Source: Candidatus Obscuribacteraceae bacterium
GTDB taxonomy: Bacteria > Cyanobacteriota > Vampirovibrionia > Obscuribacterales > Obscuribacteraceae
DNA: 64,000 nucleotides
Direction: 5' to 3'
Assembly (NCBI GenBank): GCA_044226015.1
Contig: JBGAHS010000005.1
Coordinates: 448,001-512,000, forward strand
The notes below the pieces were generated by a model that searched no databases, was not told where the DNA came from, and saw nothing but the letters and a program-made list of their open reading frames with translations. Both the position numbers and the translations under genes were made by a program. Of this stretch, positions 28,713-38,958 are shown one piece after another (the stretch's first letter is position 1; every line of letters begins with the position of its first letter).

Positions 28713-29876
28713 TCAGTTTGGCGGCAATTCAGCCAGCAAAAGTTTGATGGCATTGCCACCCATTATCTGGCGAATCTGCTCATCTGAAAACCCTTCGTCA
28801 ATCAAAGCTTGAGTCAACAAAATCATATTGGATGCATCAAATGGTACAGTTACAGTGCCATCGAAGTCAGAACCCAGCGCAACATGTTCTACCCCTATTT
28901 TGTTTGCTGCGTACCTAATTGACTTCGCGATTGCTGCCACATCGCTTGCGCCAACGGACGTGGGCCAGAAACCGATACCGATTAAACCGCCAGTTTTTGC
29001 GATTGCCCTGATTTGTTCGTCTGAGAGATTTCTTGGGTTATTACAGACACCCTTTAATCCTGTATGTGAAACCAGGAGAGGTCTCTTGCTGATGTGAACA
29101 GTGTCGTAAATCACTTGCTTAGATGCATGGGCTAAGTCTACTAACATATGCTTTTCTTGCATTAGCCGTATCATGTCTTTGCCTTTAGCGGTCAGCCCTG
29201 TATCATGCATTCCGTGTGCTGAAGCACCAAAGTCATTGTCGAAAAATTGTGTCGGTGCCATCATGCGGACGCCGTTTTCGTAGAAAAGATTGATGTTAGC
29301 CAAATTTCCATCGAGTGCATGAGCTCCTTCGATACCGAGAAAGCCAGCGGTGCATAACTTATTTTGCTCTCTAGTTTTAAGGTAGTTATTCAAATCTGCG
29401 GAGGACTTGATCAGATAGAAGCTGCCTTTTGAATTATCTGAGAATCTTTGCAATTTCTGGCACTGATAAATAGTTCTTTCTTTGAGACTATTCCAGGTTT
29501 GGGGTGGCCATCTCTCGGCGATTGCAAGAAGAGTGATGTCGTCAGAGGCTGCTGTATTCTTCTCAAGTTCAAGATTTGACGGCACTTTCGAAACAATTGT
29601 GAAAGCTTGAAGAGCAAGATTTCCTTCGATCATCCGGGGCACGTCCACGTGTCCTACTTCGTTTTTCACAAGGATGTTGCGGTTCCACAAAAGAGTGTCA
29701 GCATGGAGATCCACGATGATCAGAGTTTTGTGCAGATTCAGTGCGTGAGCACTAATTTCTGAATGCTTGTCTGCACTTATTCTGTTGAAATGCCGTTCTA
29801 CTGCCATTGGCAAGCTGAAGTAGAGCATTAGCAAAACAACAAAAGCAAGAGCCAGGCACAGTCCGATTTTCCGCAC
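28713..29876 (-). CDS. Membrane dipeptidase (peptidase M19)
   Basis: 'VDLHADT', 'GHVDVPRM', 'IEGAH', 'VDLAHAS', 'VSHTG', 'RNLSD', 'LGSDFDG'. Confidence 0.93.
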   Translation of the reverse strand: MRKIGLCLALAFVVLLMLYFSLPMAVERHFNRISADKHSEISAHALNLHKTLIIVDLHADTLLWNRNILVKNEVGHVDVPRMIEGNLALQAFTIVSKVPSNLELEKNTAASDDITLLAIAERWPPQTWNSLKERTIYQCQKLQRFSDNSKGSFYLIKSSADLNNYLKTREQNKLCTAGFLGIEGAHALDGNLANINLFYENGVRMMAPTQFFDNDFGASAHGMHDTGLTAKGKDMIRLMQEKHMLVDLAHASKQVIYDTVHISKRPLLVSHTGLKGVCNNPRNLSDEQIRAIAKTGGLIGIGFWPTSVGASDVAAIAKSIRYAANKIGVEHVALGSDFDGTVTVPFDASNMILLTQALIDEGFSDEQIRQIMGGNAIKLLLAELPPN

Positions 29877-29947
29877 GAATCACTCCTGAAATGTCGAGGA
29901 GATTATTATTGTAGTTGATTGCGAATAGTCTCTGTAGTCTTCTTTGT

Positions 29948-29987
29948 GCTGTCATTGAAAGTTCATTTCAGCCGTCATTGAAAGCTC
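29948..29987. repeat. 17-bp direct repeat pair with 23-bp period in a divergent intergenic region
   Basis: GCTGTCATTGAAAGTTC...GCCGTCATTGAAAGCTC (15/17 identical). Confidence 0.7.
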
Positions 29988-30318
29988 GTTTCCTCAGTTG
30001 TTCTCTGAACAGATATCGGTTGCCTATTCTTTGGCAATCCTATTGTGGGGGGGGGATGGTTGTGATCGAATCGACACCGAATCCAGCGAAGCTCTTTCTA
30101 GGACATGATTGGGCAGAACCAGAACCAATCAGAACCTCATATGTTCACTCAACGCCTACACTGCGTATGCTTGCAAAATCGTTCGAAACCCTGCATTCAC
30201 GCCAGAGCTGGCTGCTTTGCCTGGAGCCAGATTATTTAACCTGGGATGAGTGATTACCGTCTTTTAATCTTTCTCCGCGCGTGGTACATAAGGGGTATCC
30301 AGCGGCGGTATTCCAGAA

Positions 30319-31413
30319 TTGCGTAGATTCGGGCTTCTGTTAACTCTAAGTCTCGTTTTTGGCGGGCAATCGTGCCTTGCCGATGACGTTAAATTGTCGC
30401 AACTGCCGCCTCCGCCTCAGCCCTCGATGTATTTGCAAGGTGGCGTACAGCAGACTTATCGGGTTCCAGGTCCCCAGCAGTATCAATATTGTCCACCGAT
30501 GAACGGATTTGCAACGTATCAGCAAGGCTGGTACGCATTGGGCACACAACAGTACCAGGTGGCAGCCGATTACTTCCAGATAGCCGGTGACCAAATGGAA
30601 GCTACCATGGGTCAGACTAAGTTTCTGGCGGAAGCAAGATTCGCTGAAGGTCAAACCAGGAAGTTAATCGGTCAATACGACCGCTCTCGTGATTGCTATA
30701 AACGTGCAATAGCGATATTTGAACAGACTGACCCGAAGAGCTTTTACCTTAATGCTGCAAAGTCTGCCCTTAAGGAAATGCAGCCTAAGTTAGATAAAGT
30801 GCCAGCTCCCAAATCAAACAAGCCTCTCCGTGCTGAGGTCAAGCAGAGTCAGGCTCTCTTAACTCCTATGCCTAACCCTGGGTTTGAAAAGGTTGAAGAG
30901 AATGTGCCGTTGAGTGGCAATGTGACGCAGTTGGATAATGGCGTTGATATCTCCACTTTGCACGACGGTGATTTCTTTAATCGGTCTCGCGGAACCTTAC
31001 CGCAGGCTGCTGGAGTCGATATCAGCGATACATTTTTGAAAGATGCCGTTCATAAGTCATTCTTGAAAATGAATTGCATGGAGACCACCATAGTTGGTGC
31101 CAACCATTACACTGCGAATACTGAGTACAAGGCTCTCCGCTCAAAAGGCAAACCCATTGCAGTTGGCGTAGGAAGCGATTTGTTGTGCCCCACAGCTGAG
31201 TTGAGAATCAACGGTAAGATTTGCAAGGTTCCTATGGATCTTCCGGGCATTTCGCCAAACTCTCGCAACGTTTTGCTTGTCACAGATGACAGACACATTT
31301 TAGCTTTGGACCCTCGAACAAGCGAAGTCTGGAAACTCTGTAGCAACTTTAAGAAGAAGATTCCAGATTTCTGGTGGTGGAAGTTGCAACGTCGCAAGGG
31401 TGCGAAGTTCTAA
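30319..31413 (+). CDS. Secreted protein with TPR-like region
   Basis: Signal peptide; TPR 'LAEARFAEGQTRKLIGQYDRSRDCYKRAI'. Confidence 0.75.
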   Translation: MRRFGLLLTLSLVFGGQSCLADDVKLSQLPPPPQPSMYLQGGVQQTYRVPGPQQYQYCPPMNGFATYQQGWYALGTQQYQVAADYFQIAGDQMEATMGQTKFLAEARFAEGQTRKLIGQYDRSRDCYKRAIAIFEQTDPKSFYLNAAKSALKEMQPKLDKVPAPKSNKPLRAEVKQSQALLTPMPNPGFEKVEENVPLSGNVTQLDNGVDISTLHDGDFFNRSRGTLPQAAGVDISDTFLKDAVHKSFLKMNCMETTIVGANHYTANTEYKALRSKGKPIAVGVGSDLLCPTAELRINGKICKVPMDLPGISPNSRNVLLVTDDRHILALDPRTSEVWKLCSNFKKKIPDFWWWKLQRRKGAKF

Positions 31414-31628
31414 CTAAGTGCTTGTACTTTTGTTCGGAAGCACCAATCATCTTCTTAGAAAACTTTTTGAGTATCTTAGACTCTCCAGTTTGCTCAGCAT
31501 CAGCTGAGCGCAATATGTTATTTCACAACAAAGAGCTGCATAGGAACTTATCCTGTGAGGCTTTGCACGTTGTTCACACGTACTCCGTTGTTAACTAATA
31601 TTAGTTGGCCTACTGGGAGAAAGTTGCA

Positions 31629-32207
31629 ATGGCTGAAAACGGAGTTGAATCCACCAATCGTGTTGTCGAGCATTCATCGGACAGGGGGGGGTCTGATCCA
31701 TTCTCTGAATATCGAATTCCGCAATTCAATGCGCCTGCTCCGGGGCAGGGTGGAACGTTCGTTGAATGGCAGATGGATCGCAAGTGCAGTTCGATGTTAC
31801 ACAGCATGAGCCTGACGGGTGATTTTGTCACCAGCACTGCCAAAGACAATCCTAACATTGTAGTTGCACCTACTGCTCTTAGTCGAATGACCCAGGCAGA
31901 TATCAATCAATGTGCTGCAACAATGCCAGCAACATCTTATTATGCGAAACGCGATGCGAACGGCGATGTGAATTACATAGGATATCGGCGTTCTGCGCCG
32001 GAATTTCCGAATCCGATTGAGCACCCTATTGCTACTGCCTTTTTTGGACCTGGGATTGCTTTTGTGAAAGCCTATGAAGGTATCAAGCACATGTTTAAAG
32101 ATGATGCTTCCATCAGAATCAAAGACGGAATGGCTATTTATAAAACATCCTACTGGTACGATGTTCAAGATGGTTCCAACCAGGTTAAGGTCAGGCTCGC
32201 AAAATAG
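31629..32207 (+). CDS. Hypothetical protein
   Basis: ATG 31629 after GGGAGA; followed by a hairpin with U-tract. Confidence 0.6.
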   Translation: MAENGVESTNRVVEHSSDRGGSDPFSEYRIPQFNAPAPGQGGTFVEWQMDRKCSSMLHSMSLTGDFVTSTAKDNPNIVVAPTALSRMTQADINQCAATMPATSYYAKRDANGDVNYIGYRRSAPEFPNPIEHPIATAFFGPGIAFVKAYEGIKHMFKDDASIRIKDGMAIYKTSYWYDVQDGSNQVKVRLAK

Positions 32208-32266
32208 CTGAATCTTTGGAAGATTCTGTAGATCTTCAATCTGATTCGCTCTGATCATGAACTGAG

Positions 32267-32299
32267 AAAGCTCGGGTTATATTGACTCGGGCTTTTATC
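32267..32299 (+). terminator. Putative terminator
   Basis: AAAGCTCGGGTTA/TGACTCGGGCTTT stem with G-U pairs, then T-rich sequence. Confidence 0.5.
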
Positions 32300-32348
32300 T
32301 TGATTAGAGCGGTTAGATTAGGACATTCAAAACGGCTCGGAAGCCAAA

Positions 32349-33974
32349 GTGTGTTTAACTAATAGCACTTTCCCGGAGCCTACCTTGAAAACTATTTCAG
32401 AACACTTGTCGAAGTTAAAGCTATTGTCCTCAGCGTTGGCTGTGAGTGTTTGTGTTACCAGTTTTTTTTCTGGTTCAGTCATCGCACAACCATATCAGCA
32501 AGACTCGTCTCAGAGTGACTCGATGAACGACAATGATGAAGATATGAGCGACGATGTTGATCGAAACGGAAATTCATCTGCACAGCGATTCAATGAGTGG
32601 CAGCCAGGTCAATTTCGTCCAGAGCCAGAGGTATTGCGGAGGGCTGTACAAAACGAAGCTGGTGGAGGAAATGGTGACTCTGTGCCAATGAACGGAGGCG
32701 GCGAATTTCGACAGAGAAGAAATGAAGAAATGAATGGTGCTGCTCCTGCTTTTGAACGAGGCGGAATGAATGGACCACGTCCTAATAGCATTGGTATTAA
32801 TCAAGAGCGCTCACCGGGAAATGGAGCCGCTGAGCAAGGTGGTCCAGTTTCTAACCAGGGTCCTCGTCTGCATGATGTTGATGCAATTATTACTAATGCG
32901 ATGCAACAGTATGCTGTGCCTGGAGCTTCGATCGCGATAGCCTACCAGGGACGCCTCGTTTATGTAAAAGCTTATGGCGTTGCTAACATTCGCACTAACG
33001 AACCGGTCTCAGAAAGCACCTTCTTCAATTTGGGAAGCTGTACAAAAGCGGTTTCAATGTTTGGCACTCTGCGCTTGCAAGAGCAGGGCAAGCTGAATTT
33101 AGATGATACCGTCTACAATGTCATTGGTCAGCCGCCTCTACCACGGCGGCAGTGTGACCCTCGTGTTTTCCAGATTACAGTTCGCCAGCTTTTGCATCAC
33201 TCTGGTGGATGGAATGACGATTCTGGATTCATAAAAGCAGGTAAGGAAGTTCGTAGAATTGCTCCGAATGGAATGCCGTACAAAGAGGCTGTGCGAGTCT
33301 TGTTTATGACTCCGCTAGATTATGCTCCGGGCACTCAAGCTAAATATGCTAATGGACAGTGGAATCTGATTAAGTACGTGATCGCTTGTGCGGCACAAAT
33401 GCCTTATCGTGAGTACATGCGGGCTCAACTGGCAAGCATTGGTATAACGGATATGCACAACGAGTCAGAGGGTCATGTTGACGGAGAGGCTACGCGTTAT
33501 ACAGGCAACCCTCCAAAGGTTTACCCCAGCGGACAGAGAAACGTTCCTCTGGAGCCTGCTTTTGGTAACTGGATGGCTACGTCCGTTGATATGGTGAAAT
33601 TCATGACGGCGCTTGATGGCTCACGAATTCAGGGGATTTCTCGCGAGTCGTATCAGCAAATGATTGCGCCTTTGCCACCGCCAATGGTGAATGAAAAGGA
33701 CGGAAGCCATTTTGGACTTGGAATGGATATTGTTCGCGAAACTGACAAAGGGACGTTCTTCTCTAAGAATGGTGCTAAGCCCGGTGTACATTGCCAGATT
33801 GTGCACCTCCCTATCGGAGTTGATTTTTGCATCATGATGAATGGAGGGGGTCAAGCTGCTGACGGAAGCAATATCAACCCAATGCCAATCGGAAAGATTG
33901 CAATACTTATGAACTCAATTCAAGAATGGCCAGATCGAGATCTCTTTCCGCGCTTTCAGGATGCTGCGCGCTGA
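32349..33974 (+). CDS. Serine hydrolase, beta-lactamase class C/S12 family, with long disordered N-terminus
   Basis: 'VPGASIAI', SxxK 'SCTK', 'ITVRQLLHHSGG', YxN 'YAN', 'KNG'. Confidence 0.9.
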   Translation: MCLTNSTFPEPTLKTISEHLSKLKLLSSALAVSVCVTSFFSGSVIAQPYQQDSSQSDSMNDNDEDMSDDVDRNGNSSAQRFNEWQPGQFRPEPEVLRRAVQNEAGGGNGDSVPMNGGGEFRQRRNEEMNGAAPAFERGGMNGPRPNSIGINQERSPGNGAAEQGGPVSNQGPRLHDVDAIITNAMQQYAVPGASIAIAYQGRLVYVKAYGVANIRTNEPVSESTFFNLGSCTKAVSMFGTLRLQEQGKLNLDDTVYNVIGQPPLPRRQCDPRVFQITVRQLLHHSGGWNDDSGFIKAGKEVRRIAPNGMPYKEAVRVLFMTPLDYAPGTQAKYANGQWNLIKYVIACAAQMPYREYMRAQLASIGITDMHNESEGHVDGEATRYTGNPPKVYPSGQRNVPLEPAFGNWMATSVDMVKFMTALDGSRIQGISRESYQQMIAPLPPPMVNEKDGSHFGLGMDIVRETDKGTFFSKNGAKPGVHCQIVHLPIGVDFCIMMNGGGQAADGSNINPMPIGKIAILMNSIQEWPDRDLFPRFQDAAR

Positions 33975-34056
33975 TTGCATATGATTGAAGAACTCATCAG
34001 GGATTTAGAGACTTGGGCGATCGGTGAACCTGGTTGGAAAGACTCTAGGAACTGAT

Positions 34057-34671
34057 CTAACCTACGATTTGGTAGTCTGTTTCAGATTCTTTTATTCTAG
34101 ATGTTGGATTGTAGCCTTTATAGATACTGCCCATTGAAATTGTGAGTTCGCCTTTTGGAAGTGAACGCAGTATTAGCTGATCAGTTCCCAAAAATGTTTC
34201 GGAACTCCATTCCTCTTCCGAAATGCGGAATATGTACTCAACTTGCATACGGTCCTGGTAAACGATTACATATTCGGAAAGAGTGGGAATCTTAAGGTAA
34301 GCAATCTTTTTCTCACGCAGATCAGTAGCCATAGTAGTAGGTGACAGAATTTCAATTAAAAGCGTGGGTTGGCTTTTGTAAACAGACTTAGCTTCAAACG
34401 GCTCACAAGTTACCATAATGTCCGGGTAATAAAAGCAGTTGGTAGCTTCGACTCTTACCTTCATGTCGTTGTGGTAGAGTCGGCATTCCGTGTGCTCCAA
34501 ATGATTTGCGATGGAACGCGCTAAGTTTGAACAAATCAGATTGTGTGCTTCGGTGGCGCCAGACATGGCAAGAATATGACCATTAACATACTCGTGCTTT
34601 TGTGCAGCATTTGATTCGGCCGCGAGATAATCGTTGACAGAACTAAGCTTGAATTGATTCTTTCGTTTCAT
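34057..34671 (-). CDS. Uma2 family (DUF820) putative endonuclease
   Basis: 'KHEYVNGHILAMSGAT.AHN.I', 'YPDIMVTC', 'LIEILSPTT...D..EK..AY'. Likely start ATG 34671. Confidence 0.92.
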   Translation of the reverse strand: MKRKNQFKLSSVNDYLAAESNAAQKHEYVNGHILAMSGATEAHNLICSNLARSIANHLEHTECRLYHNDMKVRVEATNCFYYPDIMVTCEPFEAKSVYKSQPTLLIEILSPTTMATDLREKKIAYLKIPTLSEYVIVYQDRMQVEYIFRISEEEWSSETFLGTDQLILRSLPKGELTISMGSIYKGYNPTSRIKESETDYQIVG

Positions 34672-34863
34672 ATAAGCCTCCGCTTCATTAATTATACGCA
34701 CAAAGCAATCTCGGCGTGTTAAGTACTCTCGAGTGTTACTACGCTTCAAAGTGAATGGATTCACACGTCTGTGCATCTTTTTCGTAAATGACTGGCGGCA
34801 AGTCAGGCGCATCGCATTTGCTAAGGTTGTTTGCTGTAGCTTGTTGGTTCGCGAATAAAAATA

Positions 34864-34891
34864 AGGAGCGCACCATATTTGGTGCGCTCCT
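34864..34891 (-). terminator. Rho-independent terminator of aconitase
   Basis: 12-bp stem AGGAGCGCACCA/TGGTGCGCTCCT, followed by TATTTTTATT on the minus strand. Confidence 0.8.
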
Positions 34892-34913
34892 CTCTGCTTG
34901 TTTGTTGAATGGA

Positions 34914-37190
34914 CTACTTGCTAAGTACGCCTTCTCTTCTCATGCGAATGAGGTTGAGCGCTGAACCTGCTTTGAACCACTCAATTTGTTCAGCCGTCAT
35001 GCTGTGGTTGAGCATGATGATTTCTTCTTTGCCATCCTCATGCTTTAGCTTCGCTTCGACTTGCTGTCCTGGTGTCAGTTTACTCAAGCCGAGGATGCTC
35101 ACGCGATCCTTCTCTTGAATCTTGGCATAATCATCTGGATTTGCAAATGTGAAAGGCAGAATGCCTTGCTTCTTCAAGTTCGTTTCGTGAATTCTGGCGA
35201 AGCTTCTGACGATAACAGCTTTGCAGCCCAGATAACGAGGCGACATAGCAGCGTGCTCACGGCTAGAACCTTCACCATAGTTCTGGTCGCCAACCGCTAT
35301 CCATCCAATGCCATTGGCTTTGTAGTTGCGAGCAACAGTTGGGTATGCTTCGTATTTTCCAGTGAGAATGTCTAGGCCTTCACCATTCTTGTGTGTGAAT
35401 GCATTGAGGGCACCTGTGAACATGTTGTCGCTGATGCGATCGATATGACCACGGAAACGAAGCCACTTGCCTGCCGGTGAAATGTGGTCTGTTGTGCATT
35501 TGCCTTCTGCCTTCATGAGGACGGCCAGGTCGCTATAGTCTTTTCCATCCCAAGCTTTGAACGGCTCGAGAAGAGCAAGTCTTTCGCTTGTTGGGTTTAC
35601 TTCGATTGTGATTTTGCTGCCGTCTTGAGCTGCAGCAATGAAACCCTCCAGCCTGCTGATGAATCCCTTAGAAGGAATTTCAGGCGCTGGTGCAGGCGGA
35701 GTCAGCATGACTTCACCTTTGTCGGTTTGAATCTTGTCTTTCAGCGGGTTGAATGAGAGTTTGCCGCCGAGCGCAAACGCAATGACGATTTCGGGGCTGG
35801 TGATGAATGACATTGTTTCTGGATTGCCATCATTTCTTGCGCTGAAGTTTCTGTTGAATGAAGAAACGATGGAGTTCTTTTGTCCAACCTGTATGTCATC
35901 ACGCTTCCATTGTCCGATGCATGGTCCACAAGCATTAGCAAGAACAGTTGCGCCGATTTTTTCCAGCGATTGCATCTGCCCATCGCGCTTGATGGTTTCG
36001 TAAATTTGGTCGGAACCAGGTGATACCATTAAACCGACTTTCGATTTGATGCCAGCCTTCGATGCCTGTTCTGCAACATCAGCTGCTCTGCTCATGTCTT
36101 CGTAGGACGAATTTGTGCAGCTGCCGATAAGAGCATAGGTTAGTTCGTCTGGATATCCGTTTTCTTTTACGTCATGAGCCATTTCTGAAATCGGACGCGC
36201 TTTGTCTGGTGTGTGTGGACCAACCACGTGTGGCTCTAGGCTATCGAGGTCTATTTCAATAACCTGGTCGAATATGTGTTGTGCATCCCACTCGATTTCA
36301 GGGTCGCCAACGAGTATGTCCTTATAGTCTTGAGCTAGTTTGGCGATGTCGGCTCTATCGGTTGCCTGCAAATAGCTGACCATTCTGTCGTCGAAGGGGA
36401 ATACTGAAGTGGTTGCACCAAGTTCGGCGCCCATGTTGGTGATGGTGGCTTTGCCTGTGCAGCTAATCGATTTTGTGCCTGGTCCGAAGTATTCTATAAT
36501 CGCTCCGGTGCCACCAGCTACGGTGAGAATACCTGCTAGCTTCAAGATGATGTCTTTAGGAGCGGTCCAGCCTTTGAGGCTTCCGGTGAGATGTACACCG
36601 ATTAACTTCGGCCATTTCAAGCCCCATGGTTCACCAGCCATAACGTCAACTGCATCGGCTCCACCGACGCCGATGGCGAGCATGCCGAGCCCACCAGCGT
36701 TTGGTGTATGCGAGTCTGTGCCGATCATCAATGTGCCTGGGCAAGCATAGTTTTCCAGAACTACCTGGTGGATAATGCCCGAACCTGGCTTCCAGAAGCC
36801 GATGCCGTGTTTGGAACTTGCTGTGCGCAGAAACTCATAAACTTCTTTGTTCTCATCCAGCGCCACTTTCATGTCTTCGCCGGCGCCGCGACGAGCTTGA
36901 ATTAGGTGGTCGCAATGCACTGTCGAAGGCACCGCCACTGTTTTGAAGCCGCCCTGAATGAATTGCAAAAGTGCCATCTGCGCGGTTGCGTCTTGCATCG
37001 CAACTCTGTCAGGCTTAAGCATTACTACGCTTTCGCCCCGCTTTGGCATCTGATTAGGATCGTCAAGGTGAGCGATCAAAATCTTTTCTGCTAAAGCTAA
37101 TGGGCGACCATATTGCTTACGCGCATTTTCGACTCTTTTAGTCGCGGTTTCATACAGTTTCTTGACATCGTCGAGTTTTAGCTGGCTCAT
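34914..37190 (-). CDS. acn: Aconitate hydratase (mitochondrial-type)
   Basis: '[14 protein letters not shown]', 'HCDHLI', 'GTDSHTPN', '[11 protein letters not shown]', '[11 protein letters not shown]', 'TTDHISPAG', '[11 protein letters not shown]'. Start ATG 37190 with AGGAG. Confidence 0.96.
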   Translation of the reverse strand: MSQLKLDDVKKLYETATKRVENARKQYGRPLALAEKILIAHLDDPNQMPKRGESVVMLKPDRVAMQDATAQMALLQFIQGGFKTVAVPSTVHCDHLIQARRGAGEDMKVALDENKEVYEFLRTASSKHGIGFWKPGSGIIHQVVLENYACPGTLMIGTDSHTPNAGGLGMLAIGVGGADAVDVMAGEPWGLKWPKLIGVHLTGSLKGWTAPKDIILKLAGILTVAGGTGAIIEYFGPGTKSISCTGKATITNMGAELGATTSVFPFDDRMVSYLQATDRADIAKLAQDYKDILVGDPEIEWDAQHIFDQVIEIDLDSLEPHVVGPHTPDKARPISEMAHDVKENGYPDELTYALIGSCTNSSYEDMSRAADVAEQASKAGIKSKVGLMVSPGSDQIYETIKRDGQMQSLEKIGATVLANACGPCIGQWKRDDIQVGQKNSIVSSFNRNFSARNDGNPETMSFITSPEIVIAFALGGKLSFNPLKDKIQTDKGEVMLTPPAPAPEIPSKGFISRLEGFIAAAQDGSKITIEVNPTSERLALLEPFKAWDGKDYSDLAVLMKAEGKCTTDHISPAGKWLRFRGHIDRISDNMFTGALNAFTHKNGEGLDILTGKYEAYPTVARNYKANGIGWIAVGDQNYGEGSSREHAAMSPRYLGCKAVIVRSFARIHETNLKKQGILPFTFANPDDYAKIQEKDRVSILGLSKLTPGQQVEAKLKHEDGKEEIIMLNHSMTAEQIEWFKAGSALNLIRMRREGVLSK

Positions 37191-37359
37191 TACATGCTCC
37201 TGTTCGTTCACGTACAAAAAATTGTCGCTTAATCTGAAAGGGAAATGGCCAAATTTTCTAATTCTATTTATATGCGGTCAGTTTCTGGCTCATTTTAGTG
37301 TCGAAGTCAAGAAGATCATGGTCGGCCAAGCGAAAATTTTCTTGCGTTGTTCCAATCTT

Positions 37360-38697
37360 TCACTTTTTCTCTGTCAGCTGTGAAAGAAGGTGCTTCAGTC
37401 CTTCTTGCATTACTGCATCTTCTGCGCCAAGTTTGTCTTCGACGCGAATGTCGGGGCTAACTCCCTTGCCTTCTATCCTCTCGCCGTCCAGTTTGATGTC
37501 TACTACTGCCAGGTACAAAATTGCCCTGTTGCCTAGCTTGTTATATTGACCCGCAACCACATAGCCCGCAGTAGTTTCGCCTATCAGTGTGGCGCGCATT
37601 CCTTTCTTGAATCCATGAGCAATCATCTCCTTGCCGCTTCTGACTCCGCCATTGATGAGTACGACTAAGGGCTTGTTGTAGTAGTTGCGGTCAGAGCCAG
37701 AGCCTGTTCTTGAGTGAGTTTGAACGTCTGGATATGCAATGGATGGACGGAAAAATATGTCCATGTCCTCGTAATTCGCTGCACCATAGCCGTCGCGCAG
37801 GTCGAGGATCAAACCGTCGGTGTCCTTTAGAGTTTCGCAAACCGCAGACTGAAGTGTATCGCTTGCGCCTTTGCCGCCGCACCAGAAGTGAACGTATCCT
37901 ATGGCTTTGCCCTGCTGTCGAACAATTTTTGTGCTCTTTTCTGTTGCATTCACATAGCCTTTGAGAAAGTCTTGTTTGACTGGAGTTATCTTAAGATCAA
38001 CTCTTTTGCCATCCCGTTCAATGACTGCAGAGCAGGCTCTGGAAGAAGTGCCAATCCAGTCGGCAAAACTACTATAGTCTCTCCCGTTTAGTGAGATGAG
38101 TTTGTCCCCACGATGAAAACCCGCTTTCTCAGCGGGACTTCCATCGAGCACATATCTGACGAGGTTGTATGGAACATTGTGACCACCGATGCCCAGTCCA
38201 CTGAAATCGGCATCAGTTTCGCCTTCTTTGTGTTTCGGGTTCATCGCCTCAAAGAGGCTTCGCATGAAGAAGAACGTCTCATCGTTCATTGTTAGCATTT
38301 CAGTATGGCTTGTGTGAAACTTCTGGAGAATTCTGTTGATCCGTTCGGCATACTTTCTCAAGTCTGTCTGGGCATTCAGACCATCCTTTGCAGCTGCGAA
38401 CTCAGGTTTCCATATTTCATTTACCGCCTTGAGATCGTAAAAACGCTCTCTCACTAGCTTATCGATGGATGTACTTAGGCTGGCTGCTTCACCGGCTTTG
38501 AGAGTAAACACATTCGTTTGCAAGTTAGAGCTGGCTTTTGGAAAAATAGCCCTATTAGTAATCGCTCTTTTTGCGGCAGCCTTCGGCTCTGCGCTGGCAC
38601 GTTCTGACGGCGCTAAAAACAAGCTTGAGCAAAGTACCAGGCTAATAGCAATTGCAGCGCCTTTCGTTTTCGCTTGCCATGCTCGAATTTTCGCCAT
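37360..38697 (-). CDS. S41 family peptidase with PDZ domain
   Basis: PDZ 'GSPAEKAGFHRGD'; 'LILDLRDGYG'; 'VRSGKEM'; 'IEGKGVSPDI'. Confidence 0.9.
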   Translation of the reverse strand: MAKIRAWQAKTKGAAIAISLVLCSSLFLAPSERASAEPKAAAKRAITNRAIFPKASSNLQTNVFTLKAGEAASLSTSIDKLVRERFYDLKAVNEIWKPEFAAAKDGLNAQTDLRKYAERINRILQKFHTSHTEMLTMNDETFFFMRSLFEAMNPKHKEGETDADFSGLGIGGHNVPYNLVRYVLDGSPAEKAGFHRGDKLISLNGRDYSSFADWIGTSSRACSAVIERDGKRVDLKITPVKQDFLKGYVNATEKSTKIVRQQGKAIGYVHFWCGGKGASDTLQSAVCETLKDTDGLILDLRDGYGAANYEDMDIFFRPSIAYPDVQTHSRTGSGSDRNYYNKPLVVLINGGVRSGKEMIAHGFKKGMRATLIGETTAGYVVAGQYNKLGNRAILYLAVVDIKLDGERIEGKGVSPDIRVEDKLGAEDAVMQEGLKHLLSQLTEKK

Positions 38698-38958
38698 CTT
38701 TTGCCTTCCTGTCTTCCTGAATTGCTCTGTTTCACGGTGAATTTATCGCTGTGCAACTACGCAAACGAAATTATTTGCTTTAGATGCACCATAGGATCCA
38801 CCGCCATAGCTCTGTCTGAGGAACAGAGATTTTGTCGCCTAGTCTAGCAATTATTCGAGCTGATGTCTGAACTGGAAAGTCGGATTAAATTCCGATATCA
38901 CAGGACACTTTGGGACTTATTTGGTAAGCTATGACCTGACTGAGTGGCTGGTAAAAAT

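Noticed and set aside
29915..30253. 112-aa ORF and a GGGG...TCGAC segment resembling a tmRNA 5' end
   Set aside because: The ORF has no RBS or family features; no matching T-arm or CCA 3' end was seen.
34057..34671. Uma2 gene as a defence system or mobile element
   Set aside because: Solo Uma2/DUF820 genes are very common in cyanobacteria-related genomes; no methylase, partner gene or flanking repeats.
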